A DNA stretch of 62,287 nucleotides, the filler included, from Rhabdomonas costata (taxonomy: Eukaryota), in assembly GCA_019059605.1 (NCBI GenBank). It is 13 parts of 13 records of this genome, joined end to end, with 100 filler letters (N's around TTAATTAATTAA, not from the genome) between each part and the next. Parts side by side here need not be neighbours in the genome. Positions count along the whole stretch, not along the records: positions 38,533 to 43,194 come from JAHMHO010000176.1; positions 43,295 to 47,957 come from JAHMHO010000177.1; positions 48,058 to 52,719 come from JAHMHO010000178.1; 10 more parts are not named here. One strand, 5' to 3'. The notes beneath the pieces are model-generated. The model did not search any database, had not been told where the DNA came from, and saw nothing but the letters and a program-made list of their open reading frames with translations. This document shows positions 38,533 through 51,051 of this stretch, one piece after another; positions within the stretch are counted from its first letter, which is position 1; each line of letters begins with the position of its first letter. The position numbers were made by a program, and so were the translations under genes.

Positions 38533-41500
38533 TGTGGGGGGGTTCTCGTAAAATTCATTCGCGATGACTGTGCCCGAGGCGTCCTCCAGCACGAGCACCC
38601 CGAACGAGGCGTTGTGGTGGACCAGGTTCCGGCTGACCGCCGCAGTGGACTGCGACCTCAGGCAGATCCCCGGCCTGCCCCCCAGGAGAAGAAAAATTGC
38701 ATTCCCATCTCTCTCTTCGTATTTAGGGGCCCAGATCAAACACAAGCTCATCCATCGATGAATGGAGCGCACAACTTTTTCATGGTCAGATTGGGCCACC
38801 ACATTCACATCGCCAGCGGTACTGCCATCGACAAAACACAAGGCAATACGACCCGTGATACGCCGCACACTTGCTATTGTGGCAGATCTCGTTTTCCGCG
38901 ATTTCGGCGTGGGAAGCGGACTGCACCACAATGCCCCACCTGCGAGTGAGTGCCGTCATCGTGAGTACCATCAATTTTGGGAGCACTGGGGTTGTAAATT
39001 GACACCCCAATCCTTCTGGACAACACAAGGCAAAGCTATTTTTTTGGGGGGAGTTATTAGTTCTTATACAATCGAAGAGAACGAGAAACACGTGGCAAAG
39101 TGACCGGTCCAAAGAGTCCAACGGTTTAGCGCGAAAAAGGCCGCGAAGAGCGAGAGAGAGAGAGGAGTGAAAAATACACAGAAATGTGGTTGTGTGGGGT
39201 GGTAGTGGTGGGAGTCTTGTCAGGACGGGAGTGTCGGGCAGTGGTGAGAAGACGATGGGAAAACTGCATTGAAAAAAAGGGGGCGTATGAGTGGGTTAAA
39301 AGTGCGTTTGTGGGGCTATGCGCGAACCGGAGGGGTGCGAGTAGAACCGGAGGGTGCACTGAAAAGCGGCTCTTGGAAAGGCAGGAAAGGTATAATGCGC
39401 AGTTCACTACTTTTTTAAAGGGCGGAGCATAAAAGCTGCCACACACACAGGACCGGCCGCCCTGGATCACATTCCGCCGGAGCAAAGGGCTGGAGTTGTT
39501 CTTCACGCAAATCGCGCACCGGGCGCTTTCCTGACACCAACGCAAAGAGAGAAATGAGGGGGCGCAACACACAGATGCATGCATTTATTTTGAAACAGAA
39601 AAAGCTCAGCACCGATGCCGGTGGCGACACCCAAGTGTGACTTGTGCTGCCGTAGCCCCAAAATCGCATTCAGGTCAAGTCCCTTAGGATTCCGGAGGGC
39701 AGAGCTCAGGGCACATCTCGAAGGCATTGGTATTCTCCCCTTTCCAACGGGATTGTTCTGTTTCAGGAGGAACCAATTGTTGCTTCGGGACAAGGCTCTC
39801 AGCAAGTAATTTTTGAGAGATAATCAATGGCCTCAGGCGGGCCGAATCCAACACAGGCGAGATGGTTTGAAGGGAAATTGATGGATTGGGATTAGCGGCA
39901 GGGGAGTTCGAAGAGTTAGTGTGCTTTCATCACGCGCAGCAATCAATGCACCCAACAGCTTTGCAATGGAGACAATCAGCCTCGGGTTTTTCAAAAAGAA
40001 AGATGCGGGGAATTCCGCTGTATTCAACCCGGAAGTCTGAAGCCAACACCTTCAACCCTGCTCCAACACCGTCGTCAAGGACGAAGGGCAGCTGCTAATG
40101 CGCTGAGCCCCTCCACATTATACAAGAGCTTTATGGTGCATCCTCCCAATCTTGAGACAACACAGCTGTGTGAGTGTGTGTGTGCGCGTGTATGCATGGG
40201 TGAGCCGGGAGACCTTGATCACGTTTCCTTCGATCAGCGGAGAGCCTGACTGGGTAGTCACCACAACCCCTCGGCGGCCACCAGTGATCCTAAAGCAAAT
40301 CCAGAGCCAAAATGAGCAAGGGTGATGGAGACAGAAACAAACAGAGAAACAAACAGGAGTTGCCACTCACTGTGCAGGCCAAACAATTCCATACAGACAC
40401 AACCTGCACATGACCTTGTTTTGGTGGAGGTCTTTTCTGCCTCCAGCGGGATTTCAAATGTTTTCCCGCTGCCTGGCCGCTTCTCGGGGAACCCCTCTGC
40501 TGCTGGGCGGAGATTCTTGAGAAAACTCAATGGCGTATCAAACCGCTGTTCTAGGCTACCCCAAACCCTCTGCGCACGCCCAGTCTGCTTAACGCTCGGT
40601 TGCCTCTCTTCGACCCTTCGTCTGCCACACACACAAACACACACAAACACACCACTCAAGTCCTTCGCTCTGGAACCCTACCTCCACCCTCCACACACAC
40701 ACACACACACCGGTTGAACAGGATTGTCGCGGCGGCAAGGCTCTGCAGGAACACCGCGGAGTGCGAGTGATCGGAGCACTCATTCTTCGCGAACAGGCAC
40801 GTCGCGCTCTCCTTCACCAGCAGCCCCCAGCTCCCGTTGTGCATCTGAACAGAACCACACACACATACGCCCTGACCTTCGGAGGGTGGAGAAGGCTGTC
40901 CCGACCACTCGAGCATTCTTGCCGCTAGTGAGGGGCTGAAACCGTGGCGAACCAGTAGAGAAGAGATGCACAGGCACTTGTGGAAGAAGAGGAGGGGCAG
41001 AGCGGTGTGAGTATGGGGATGGAGGATATTTATGAGACTGCACCACACCGCAGGGGCGGAAAGGTGTGGTGATGAATGCTTTCGGGCTGATGTGATGTCA
41101 ACGAGCTCCTGCATAATTGGAAAAAGGCAAGTCTCTTTTTGCTTTCCCCAAACCGACTCAAGCTCATTGTGCAAGGATCCCCTTTGCTGTCTTTCTCCCA
41201 ATCCTCTCACTGAGCATGTCCTTTGCTGTAACAGTAACAAAGGGAAGGGTGGATCTGATGGTATCATAAGGTCTGCGGAAGCACAGCACCCTATGACCTT
41301 AGACCTTAGATTTCACCGAAACACTCATATACAAGAAAAAGAACGGTCTAGAATAACGGCCTACCCTGCGATCTAAAGGAAGCGGATGCAACTGTGTCCC
41401 TTGAATGAACACACAGACAGGATGTGGCACCTTGTTTTCCATAATGGTCGCGTTGGCCTTGGTCTTGACCACAATGGAAGGTGCCCTGCGGGAGAGTCGA

Positions 41501-42904
41501 GTTGAGAGGAAGAAACTCCTAAGTCAAAACCCCGATGGGGGGGATGCTGTCTGTCTTTGTGGGCAGGTGCTGAGTCTCCTAAGTCACTCTCACGCAGCTA
41601 CTTTGTCAAAATAAAAAACGCCAAAGTTCCCGTAAGGTCCTTTTATAGAGAAAATGAAAGAGAAAGAGAAAATCAAGAGTAAAAACTTGCAAAAATTTCT
41701 GATGCTTTGTTCTGGGGTAACCACAACCTTTGAGGCGATTGAGGACTCCTCCCTCTCTTCCTCGCTCCCCACAAAGGCACCACAAGAGCGATCGCGGGTA
41801 ACGGGCCAGCAGAAGGGACAGGGTGGAGGGTGGGGGGCAGTCACCGAACCGATGGGCATAGATGTCATTTCCAGAGATTACCGCGAAGGCCTCGTGGGTG
41901 ACCAGAACAGCACTGCTATTGTTGTGGATGCAGTTTCCGAACAGCTTTGTCTGCGGGCGCGCAGCGAAGAAAGGGATGGAGAACCCCACAGAGCGAAGGC
42001 CGAAAGGAATTTGAACAACGGCCGAAAGGAACACCAAAAAACAGACAGAGTCGCAAGGGAAGGGGTGGGGCGGGTGTCAGGGTCACCGCGGACACACCGG
42101 CATGCTGGACTGAAGCTCCACCCCGGCGAGCTGGTTGCCAAAGATCTCGCAGTGCTCAACAACCCCTTTGGATGGAAGCCCAAGAAGTTGTATGCGCAAT
42201 AACTTGGAGCATGTTATTTATTGGATCACTGTCCTCTGGCTATAGGCTACGGGGTTTCCAGCAGGCAGCTATCCTCCTCTGTCGCCTTCGGAGCCTGAAC
42301 CCCAGGTGCATCCGAAGCATTGGGCGGGAGAGGATGGAACCCGGCTCAAATGTTCATGTGTCCCGCTGGGTTTCCTTTCATTTGAGGCCGCACGACAAGA
42401 GCCGGAGCCGGAACCTGACGAGATGGCACACGTATTCTTATAGCGAATGTGAGACTGGCCATTTGGAACCTGGGACCTGGTGGGCGACGGTGGTAATACC
42501 ATGATAGTACTCCTGAACTGAGCTGCGGTTGTTCTCAGCCAGTGCAGTGCCCTCTGTGCTAGCAGGGGAAAGGCGCGTACGCGACCGTGCCATTTTTTTG
42601 TCGCTTCATCTAAGGAGAGGCAAAGCATCGCGAGAGAACACTGGGGAAGGCAGAGAAGCCCATGGGCGGTGGCACGCACCGTTGGCGCTGGGGTAGAACA
42701 TGATCCCGGACCGCCATCCTCCCGTCACGATGCAGTGGGTGACCAGGTGGTCGACGCCCGCCCGAAACACAACCCCTGATAGATAGGGGTAAAAACGAAA
42801 GAAAAAAAGTCGCAGAGAAAGACAGAGAGAGAAACCTGTCTGGACAACCCTCCGCTCCTGCAGGAGCGGCTGTGACGAGCCTTCCGTCTTTCCATTTTCC
42901 ATTA
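38533..42904 (-). CDS. Right-handed parallel beta-helix (PbH1/FBXO11-type) repeat protein, partial
   Basis: At least nine GT-AG exons in frame: GVVFRAG..HCIVTGGWRSGIMF; GVVEHCEIFGNQLAGVEL; LFGNCIHNNSSAVLV..ISGNDIYAH; SIVVKTKANATIMENK; GLLVKESATCLFAKNEC; GVVVTTQSGSPLIEGNVI; AICVKNNSSPLLRRNVI; GIVVQSASHAEIAENEI; GICLRSQSTAAVSRNLVHHN. Confidence 0.88.
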
Positions 42905-43008
42905 TAATCTAACTCAGCAGCAACATCAGAACAGGAACCCAAAATCCCCAACTGAATAATGAAGGCGATGCGCTCAGTTCCCAAAATGGTCACGGTCGAT
43001 CGATTGGA

Positions 43009-43185
43009 TAAAACAAGAGGGCAGGGAGCAACATCAAGAACGAGGGAGGGGCATTGAGGGCTGCACCAGCTGGGAAGCAGGTGGAGGAAGTAACTTGTGG
43101 TGTTATGAGCGGACACAATGTGGCACACTGCAGGCACGGATGCCCCTCCCTCGTTCTTGATGTTGCTCCCTGCCCTCTTGTTTTA
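43009..43185. repeat. 46-bp perfect inverted repeat with 85-bp spacer
   Basis: 43009-43054 is the exact reverse complement of 43140-43185; lies 9 nt from the contig end. Confidence 0.9.
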
Positions 43186-43307
43186 CCCAAACAANNNNNN
43201 NNNNNNNNNNNNNNNNNNNNNNNNNNNNNNNNNNNNNNTTAATTAATTAANNNNNNNNNNNNNNNNNNNNNNNNNNNNNNNNNNNNNNNNNNNNGGGGTT
43301 TTTTCAG

Positions 43308-45083
43308 TTGCACGACGAACAGTAATCTTGGTACAGCACGCTGAAGCAAGAACTGAGAGGTGAGTTGGGTTCTGTCCTCAATTTCACTTTTGACTTGAAG
43401 CAGTTGCAGCCGTCTGTGCTTGCGTGCACAGTTTCATCACCGTTGTAAGGGACATTCTCAATGGACTGCCGGAAGCTGACAGCCGCATGTCCTTCCTCTT
43501 TGAGCAGCACATGATTCATTACGTCGTTTTGGGGCAACTTTGTGCTTTGTGCATTGCCCAAGAAGCGTACACTCGAAGCCGAGCTTACGCATTTCTGAAC
43601 GAAGTCATTGATGTTTTCAAGAGGTGCTGTCATGATTTTCTTTTGCCATCTCGCAACAGGCATTTTATCGGTCTGTTTGCTTTCTTGTGACAGGACATAC
43701 ACCGAAGAAGAAATTATGAAAGCTGGATTCCTGCAATTCAACACCGATTTCTCCCGGACTCTTCGCCGAATTGTGGTGTCTCATGAGCGGGCTTTCACAT
43801 GTTCTCCGAAGTGCCCTGACTTTTTGGTGTTGGACGTATTTGTGCATTTTGCAGGATCGGTACAATGCGTTACCGAATATGATGGCTGTGCTCCGGCGTG
43901 AGCTGAATGAGACCGCTCAAACTGTCAATGATGACGTCGGTTTGCGCGTTGATTTTGATTCTCTGCAACAGAGCTGAAATACGAGATGTGCGAAAATACG
44001 AAACTGCAAGCTGCAGTTTCAGAGCATTTTCCACAGTTTTGAAGAAAAGTCAAAGCAGTACTGTACTGCAAAAGCAAAAGCTTAAAAGCAGTTTGTGCAA
44101 ACTGGGACTTCGGGGCAGGTTTTGAAGTAGCAGCAAATAACAAATAACATTTGCAGCTTGGTACTTAAGCAATCAAATCCGTTTCACATGAAACGACACA
44201 ATTCGGTATTTTTTCAAAACATTTGTGACCGAAAATCTGTAACGTGTTGCTCTGGAGTGGGTCCTCGCATTTGCTGTTTTAGATCGCCTACTTGAGCGTG
44301 GGGAACGTGTTGAACGTCTTGTTACAAGGTCCGAGCTCTTGGGCAGCGAAGCTGTACTGTTTCGTAGGCAAGCGTATGTGAACGGGTTCACATTATCCCC
44401 TTTCTGCTTTTGTCATTGAGCTGCGCTGTTTTGCTTCCTTGTCTTAGAGTCCGGGTAAAGCGCTCGTTCTGGTGGAAATTATTGAAAATGAAGATTATAC
44501 TGGCTTTGGTGGTGCTGGTATGCTCCTCCTATTTTGGCGCCTACTTGTGCCCAAGCCTTGCCAAACCCGTGCCGCGGAATTCGGGCGGTCTCGTAGTGTG
44601 ACCCTTTTTCGCTGAAGCACCGGCAACCAGTGCCTGTATGTATGGAGTGACACATTTTGGATCTTTGTAATTTTGTTTTCTCGGGGGGAGGGGGAGATTA
44701 AGAAATACGACCTCTTCCATTCGTTTAGTTGCACCATGCGTTCAAAAAGTTTGACCCGTAGGTCACATATTGTCTGTGACCCCTCCCCCCGGTTTCGCAG
44801 CCTTAGTCCTGGTTACTAAGACGCTCATATGGCTGGAATCACCCTCCCCTACCCTCACCGTACCGTTAGCCCACTTTCCAGAAGGGCTTCGCTTTGCTGA
44901 CAATTTTGACGATTCCATTTAAGACTCTCCACAGAACTTAATGAACGTCACTGTGAACGTGCGCTGGTGTCTGGAGCATCTCTTTTGTGCTTTGCTGCGG
45001 TGCCATGTGTGCAGGTGATTGGAGGACTCGTTTTTCTTGTTGCCTGTTCTGGACTGCAGTGCGTTTCAAAAAACAAATCATGA
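43308..45083 (+). CDS. VAMP7: VAMP7-like longin R-SNARE, 5'-partial
   Basis: Seven GT-AG exons: longin domain (ARRTVILVQHA..SRMSFLFEQHMIHYVV..RSRAYAFLNEV..FNTDFSRTL), R-SNARE motif (DRLLERGERVERLVTRSELL..FRRQA) and WWK plus a TM helix ending ACSGLQCVSKNKS*. Confidence 0.95.
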
Positions 45084-45762
45084 CCACAAGTCAGTAGACA
45101 GCTATTTTTCCCTTTTTTGAAGGGTTTGTATTTTTTGTGGAAGGTTTTCAACACTTTTGTTGTACATTAAAGTGTCTGTGCGTGCGCCTGTTTCGGTTAT
45201 TTTAGTCACCCTGGAACGTTCACCGTGTGTTTCGAGTTGTTATTGTTTCGGGGAACCTTGCAGGGGACGAAATAGTTGAGAACAATTTTTCACATCGTCT
45301 ACTTGCGTGGTTTTTGGTGCCTGGCAAATGCCGCGCTTTCGAACGTCTTGAAAATATTCCCCGTAACATATTCGCGTTTCATGCGCGCTTTGGTGGCGCG
45401 TGTGCTAGAAACGGGGTGGGTGGGAAACCGTATTGCAGACCAACAACAGGTCGTTTCGGAAGGACCAACCGCCGCGAGGTTGGGCTCCGGCGGCTTCTGG
45501 TAGCAGCCGGTCCAGCTTTCCGTCGCCACTACGATTCCCGTTATGTTATGCTACCCCTTTTTTGTGCGGGTGCCACCGCTTGTTGAATGGAAAAAGCGGT
45601 CGCCGTAAAGCGAGAATGAAAAGTCTTTGAGATACCGCCGTTTTGCGCTGGTAAAGCCGCACCGGTCTGAGAGCAGCAGTGCTGGCAACGCTTGTGGCCT
45701 AATGTTGAGCTTGAGAAGTGCGAAAAGACGTGCTAAAGGACTATTTGACTATTTGTTTTAAA

Positions 45763-47143
45763 ATGGCGGATGTTTTAGCCACTGCTGTTTACAAGACTTT
45801 TCCTAGGAAACCGTGGCAAAAGTTACGCAATGAAGTTGACCACACATTTTAAACCAGACGCATCTTTCCAGATAAGGGGTCAGCGCGACCCACCCCTTCG
45901 AGACTTTCCTTTTATTATCTGTGTGATTACGTTGGGGGAAAGTGTATTCAAGAGCTTTTGGATGCGATCTGCTGCCGAAAACATGTGATGTAGTCAAAAA
46001 GTGTGTGAGCAGTGAAGTTTTACATGGGCAAGATTCGATGGAAGAACTTGCGAATGAAGGAAAAGGAAAAGCGGCAAATCCCTTCAAGTGCAAGGCCTCC
46101 GAAACCACGGAATTTATTGGATTCAATGGAATCAAGAAGATCTGGCAGAGTGCCGCGATAGAGGAAGTAAACCCGCACATAACAAAATGAATGACACTCG
46201 ACAATGTCGTCCCTTTATTCATTTATACTGTCCAAATATTGGGTTGATTTTGTTGCTTTGGTGGTGTTGTGTGGCTTTTTGGATACTGTGGAGCTGTGGA
46301 AAACGTTCTGTGGTTTTAATTCGCTTGTTGTGCCACCGGTTACTTTCTAAACCAAAGAAGAATGAAGGAAGATTAGCATTGGAATTTATAACGTCCCAAA
46401 TGGGACAATTTCACTATAAGCATCATCAACTCCAAGTATGCGGAAGCGAGACTGTGGCAGAAGATCCACCAACCGGAGATTTAGTTCCTGAGAACAAGTG
46501 TTAAGCACAGATGCGGTCAAGCATGGTTGGAAATTAGAAGGTGTTCAATTCCACTTTGAGGTGAGGTGGGGTGAGATGCAAAAAAGTCGATAGGGTGAGT
46601 TAGAAAGTGATCCACTACAGGTGCTGAAACTTGGATGGAACCCGGTGCAACTGTTTCCAGATTGTAAGTATATTGTCACCACGATGGACTTTGTCATGTA
46701 GTCAACGTCGTTCTCTGCTAGATGTTCTACCACCAATGGACTCAGCGTTGGCCACAGGGACCGGTGCGATAGTACTAACTGCAATGCGGTACTACCAATT
46801 GCATAAGAAGAAGTCCATCATGGCCAACAGTACTGATGTGGTTAGGTTTTGAGATGGAAGCGCGCGTGAAGAGCTTTGAATTCTACTTTGAATTCTACTT
46901 TGAATCGCGTTGAATGGCGATGCGCGCAGAAGCTTCATGAGGTTTGTCATTACGCCAACGGCGCAGTGGAACTTCGTACCATAGAAATGCGTAGTGAGTT
47001 GTGCGTATTTGCTCAGCGGAATGTCCGAAATGGGCGCTGGAAGTGGCACCCAAAGCGTTGCCATGAAGAAAGCAAACCGGATGCACATATTTGTTGAGTA
47101 TTCTGCTAGAGCTGATTCAATCAATTGCTGGAAGTACTATGTG
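45763..47143 (+). CDS. Hypothetical multi-exon gene
   Basis: Phase-compatible AG/GT-bounded segments, e.g. VLKLGWNPVQLFPD/YVLPPMDSALATGTGAIVLTAMRYYQLHKKK; no homology recognised and boundaries uncertain. Confidence 0.3.
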
Positions 47144-47429
47144 ACAGGGGGTAAATGGAAATGGTGCGAAGGGAAATTGATCATCACGTACTACTATCAC
47201 GTCTTGTACCTTCATAGCTTTGATATTTTGCACGAATCTACCACCTCCGCAAACTGGAAACAATTCTATCAACTTTACCGAGCCTTTTTCCTGTTCTACT
47301 TAAAGTTTAGACTTTGTCTGCACTCTTCGAGATGTCCGTTGTCATTATTTGGTGAGCCGATAGACCGATTTGTTTGTTTATTTGTTTTTGTTTGTTTGTT
47401 TAAATAACATTAGGGATTCTATATTCCCG

Positions 47430-47845
47430 CCTGCTGCTGGAGCGTGTGGCTGTGATCCCGCTTGCTTGGGCACGAAGTGAGACTTTTCCTGTATGCTGTG
47501 CGTACCCTGTGCGTTGCCTGTCAACTTCATGCTTCACTTGTCCTGTTTATTGTGCAGCTGTACGCAGACACAGGACATTTACTTCAGCAACATGGCACCA
47601 TCCTTTCGGTATTAGATGTTGGCGGCCACCTGCTTTGAGTGCGTTTCACTCGTGCCACCTTGGGCATATGCCTTAACATGCCATAACCCCCGCCACCCGA
47701 CGCTTACATCAGCGCTAATATGGAACACCTCTGGAAGCGCCTAAACCGCCACTTGGTATGCACTTTGGGCCTTACAGTCCACATCGTTCAGTGGGTTCTT
47801 AAGCTTTTTGTGTACTCGGGAAATATAAATTTTGTGCACAGCTAA
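47430..47845 (+). mobile_element. Possible decayed Merlin/ISXO2-like transposase C-terminal remnant
   Basis: SANMEHLWKRLNRHL..VQWVLKLFVYSGN resembles the ISXO2 motif TN.IE..W..LK....L..YL.EF..R.N; upstream frames are interrupted. Confidence 0.3.
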
Positions 47846-48307
47846 AGGCCTTCGTGAACACCTCTGGAAGCGCCTAAACCGCCACTTGGTATGCACTTTG
47901 GGCCTTACAGTCCACATCGTTCAGTGGGTTCTTAAGCTTTTTGTGTACTCGGGAAATNNNNNNNNNNNNNNNNNNNNNNNNNNNNNNNNNNNNNNNNNNN
48001 NTTAATTAATTAANNNNNNNNNNNNNNNNNNNNNNNNNNNNNNNNNNNNNNNNNNNNTGGTGGGGCAACTTTCTCACTTGACACAGTTGACAGGGAAGGG
48101 GTCATTGCCCGGAAGAGGGGATACTTTGGCTGATACGCTCCTGGGGTTCCGGTTTCACAGGTGGTCATTCCGTAGAGGCAACAATCACACTTCGGTATTT
48201 TTCCACACGACGAGTTGGGAGGTGATTGCACGCGCTTTGTGCCCTTGAGCCGTTGCTGCGAGGTCGTTTACACTCGCCTGCTCACGCTTTTTTCCGCACT
48301 CACCCAG

Positions 48308-51051
48308 GCCGATTTGGACAGCTATGGGCCGATCTTCCTATACTGCCTCGAGACAGAGCTGTACAGGGACCTCAACCAGACCTTGCGCGACGCCGTGTTC
48401 CCGGAGGAAGAGGGCCTTACTCCCAAGCGGTGGGCAAAGCTGCGACCTGTTCAGCAGCGCTACCGGGAGCTGGCCTTCCAGCTCGCTCGCTCCCTGAAAC
48501 AACATCCACCACACCGTGGTATGCATCTCTGTGTACATCTGTGTTTGGCGCTCGATCGCCTGGGGACGGAATTGCTCCTCCATTCGTAGTGAGTCGTTGG
48601 TGCAGCCTCTCAAAGGATCAAAGTAAAAGCACAAAGTATCAAGATGAGGACATAGACGCCGCCACGCTGAGACGCTTGGTGGAGGAGTGAAAGCAATTGA
48701 TACCGTAACCAGAACAGAAAATCACCACGCTTTGATGATGACGAAAACAGAGGGCAAACGTTGTCTTGTCACCAAGACCAGGACAAGCCAAAATGCACCA
48801 TGAGGCAAGGGAATCCTGGAGTCCATCATGTACCCGGGGGTGCACAAGGGTGAAGTGCTTGGAAGAGTCTTCTCAACAGTCAGTAAAGGAGTCAATCCGC
48901 TTACACCGACTGTGGGGGAAGGGCTTTTGAGTGGAACCGGTCCAAATTCAGGGTTTCCGAAAAACTTAAAAATCGAATGAAAAGAATGAACAAAAACCAC
49001 GTAAAAAATTTTGGACATGAATGATGATGTGGAAATTGACCTTTGGCCTCCTGTGAGGTAGGGCTTAGCCGCGGTGGTCGAGGTGGTCAGGAATTAATTT
49101 TTTTCAGGTTTTTGGTCTCTCCTCAAACACCTTATTGGTCAACGTGTTGTTTCATATTCATGCAGCCCGTTGCATTACATTTTCGGCGTCCTGTAAGGTA
49201 CCGCGGTGAATCAGTTTGGTTCATGCGGTGCCCTTCTTAGATTTGCGACGCAGCAACACAGTAATGTCTTACAACGGAGAATTGCCGCATCGGTTGAGTT
49301 CTTGAGCTTGACCTCCTTCTTCTCCTCCTTCTACCAGTCGTGAAAATTGTGTAGAGAACACTGCGTTGTCCTGTGTATTCTGTGACTGACAGGCGCGGTA
49401 GAACGCTCTTTTTCCGCATCCCATTTTTGTTTCCCCCCCTTTTTGCCAGCCTAATTTTTTCTTTGCTAACATCGAGAACTCGCCAAAGTCAAAACCTAAA
49501 CCAAAAATCGTAAAGAAACGTGAAAAAAAATCCCAACAAAACAACTTGAAAAATTGTCCAACCCTGTGTGTCTGGAGCCTTTCTTATTGAAAGTGCCTTG
49601 TGTGTCACGTGCATGCAGTGTTCGTGTTTGTGTGGTGTGCTTCTTCTCTAGTAGTAGCTCCACATTCGCGTAGGGGTGTGCTACCGGTGCCTGAGCATGC
49701 CCATCGATCTCAACGGCACGTACCTCCCTGGCCGAGTGGTACAGTGGCCGGCCTTCAGCAGCGCAAGCCTGGAGCCGCAGAAGGATTTTCTGAAGGACTC
49801 CTGCGAGGGCACTGTAGTGGTGGTGCACAGCCTCAGCGCCTGCCCAATTTATAACTACTCGCTGTACCCCGAGGAATTGGAGGTCTGCCAACGGATGAAC
49901 CATTCTTCCCTTTCACCATGTCCGGCAACGTCTCATCACCGTCAATGACATCAGAACATCAGATGTCACTTGCTTTAGCCCGCTAATAAATCTAGCATGA
50001 TCCAGCATGACCAGGTGAACTGAACCTAACCCGAACCCTAAACCTAAGCCTAAACCCATTTTGAGCCCTTTTACTTACTGGACGACGATATTACCTGCGC
50101 GCGCTTCCTTGAGAGCCAAGCACTACAGGAAGCGCAGCCCTCCATTGCCCACCACGCCAATTCTGTGAACGGGTAATAATACATTCCAAAATGATTTTTG
50201 GTGTTAGACAAATGGCGCCAGTGAGTGCTTTTTGTTTGCACCTCGAACATACCGCTGACTAAGGACTAGCCTGTTGCTAGGATTCAAAGGGGGACGAGTG
50301 GAACGGCATTCTTTTAGGGGGGTGGAGCCCAGAGGAGAGAAGAGAGAAGAGAGAAGAGAGAAGAGAGAAGAGAGAACGCAGCCTGGGGGCCTTGAGCGAC
50401 TTTTTTATCTAAAGGAGCTCTTTCCCCTCGCTCCTCTTTCCGAAAATCTCCCCGAACGGCGCTCTCTCCCGATGGTCATTCAATGCCTCTTGTCAGCCCC
50501 ACCCCACCAAACTTCGCTCCCACAAGTGCCTGCTAGTGCAGCGTGCTAGCGCAGTCACAACCACTCAGAGGCTGCCGGGTCACGGCGCTGCGTCTGCCCT
50601 TGTCTTGATGCTTTGTGTGCTGCCCAACCCCTGGCTCCATTATGGCGGAGCGCGGTCTCACAGGCCCATCATCTAATTCCAAGCGGTGTCCCAGCCCGTT
50701 CTCTGCTTTGCCCTGGTGTCCTTGAATCGCTGTCATGCTTGCCCCCCTCTTTTTTTGTATTTTCCCAAAAAGGTTTTATTCCCCCCGGGAGCATGCTTCT
50801 ACGTGCAGTCCTCGCAGGAGAAAACCCGCGCCCGGTTCCCGAAGCTAGTCGAGGACTGGAAGCTTCCGGAAGACGTTGGTGTGGTGGAGCTAGTGGAGCT
50901 GGAACTCCCCGCTCGGGGGCCCCTTAAGATGGCGGACCAGCCCTGGGCCCAAGTGTTGGGGTTCCTGGAGGACAAAGAGGTCACCGATGCCACCTTGTGG
51001 TGTCGCAGGCTTAGTGGGGTGGCCTGGGCAGAGCTGGCGCGGCGGCTGCAG
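48308..51051 (+). CDS. R-S-E clade mono-ADP-ribosyltransferase (ARTC/NAD:arginine ART-like) domain protein, partial
   Basis: Exons 48308-48518, 49674-49882, 50773-51051: IFLYCLETELYRDLNQTLR..LARSLKQHPPHRG/VCYRC..VVQWPAFSSAS..IYNYSLYPEELE/VLFPPGACFYV. Catalytic R, S-x-S and E-x-E are present. Further exons probably lie at 48094-48160 and 51500-52540. Confidence 0.9.
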
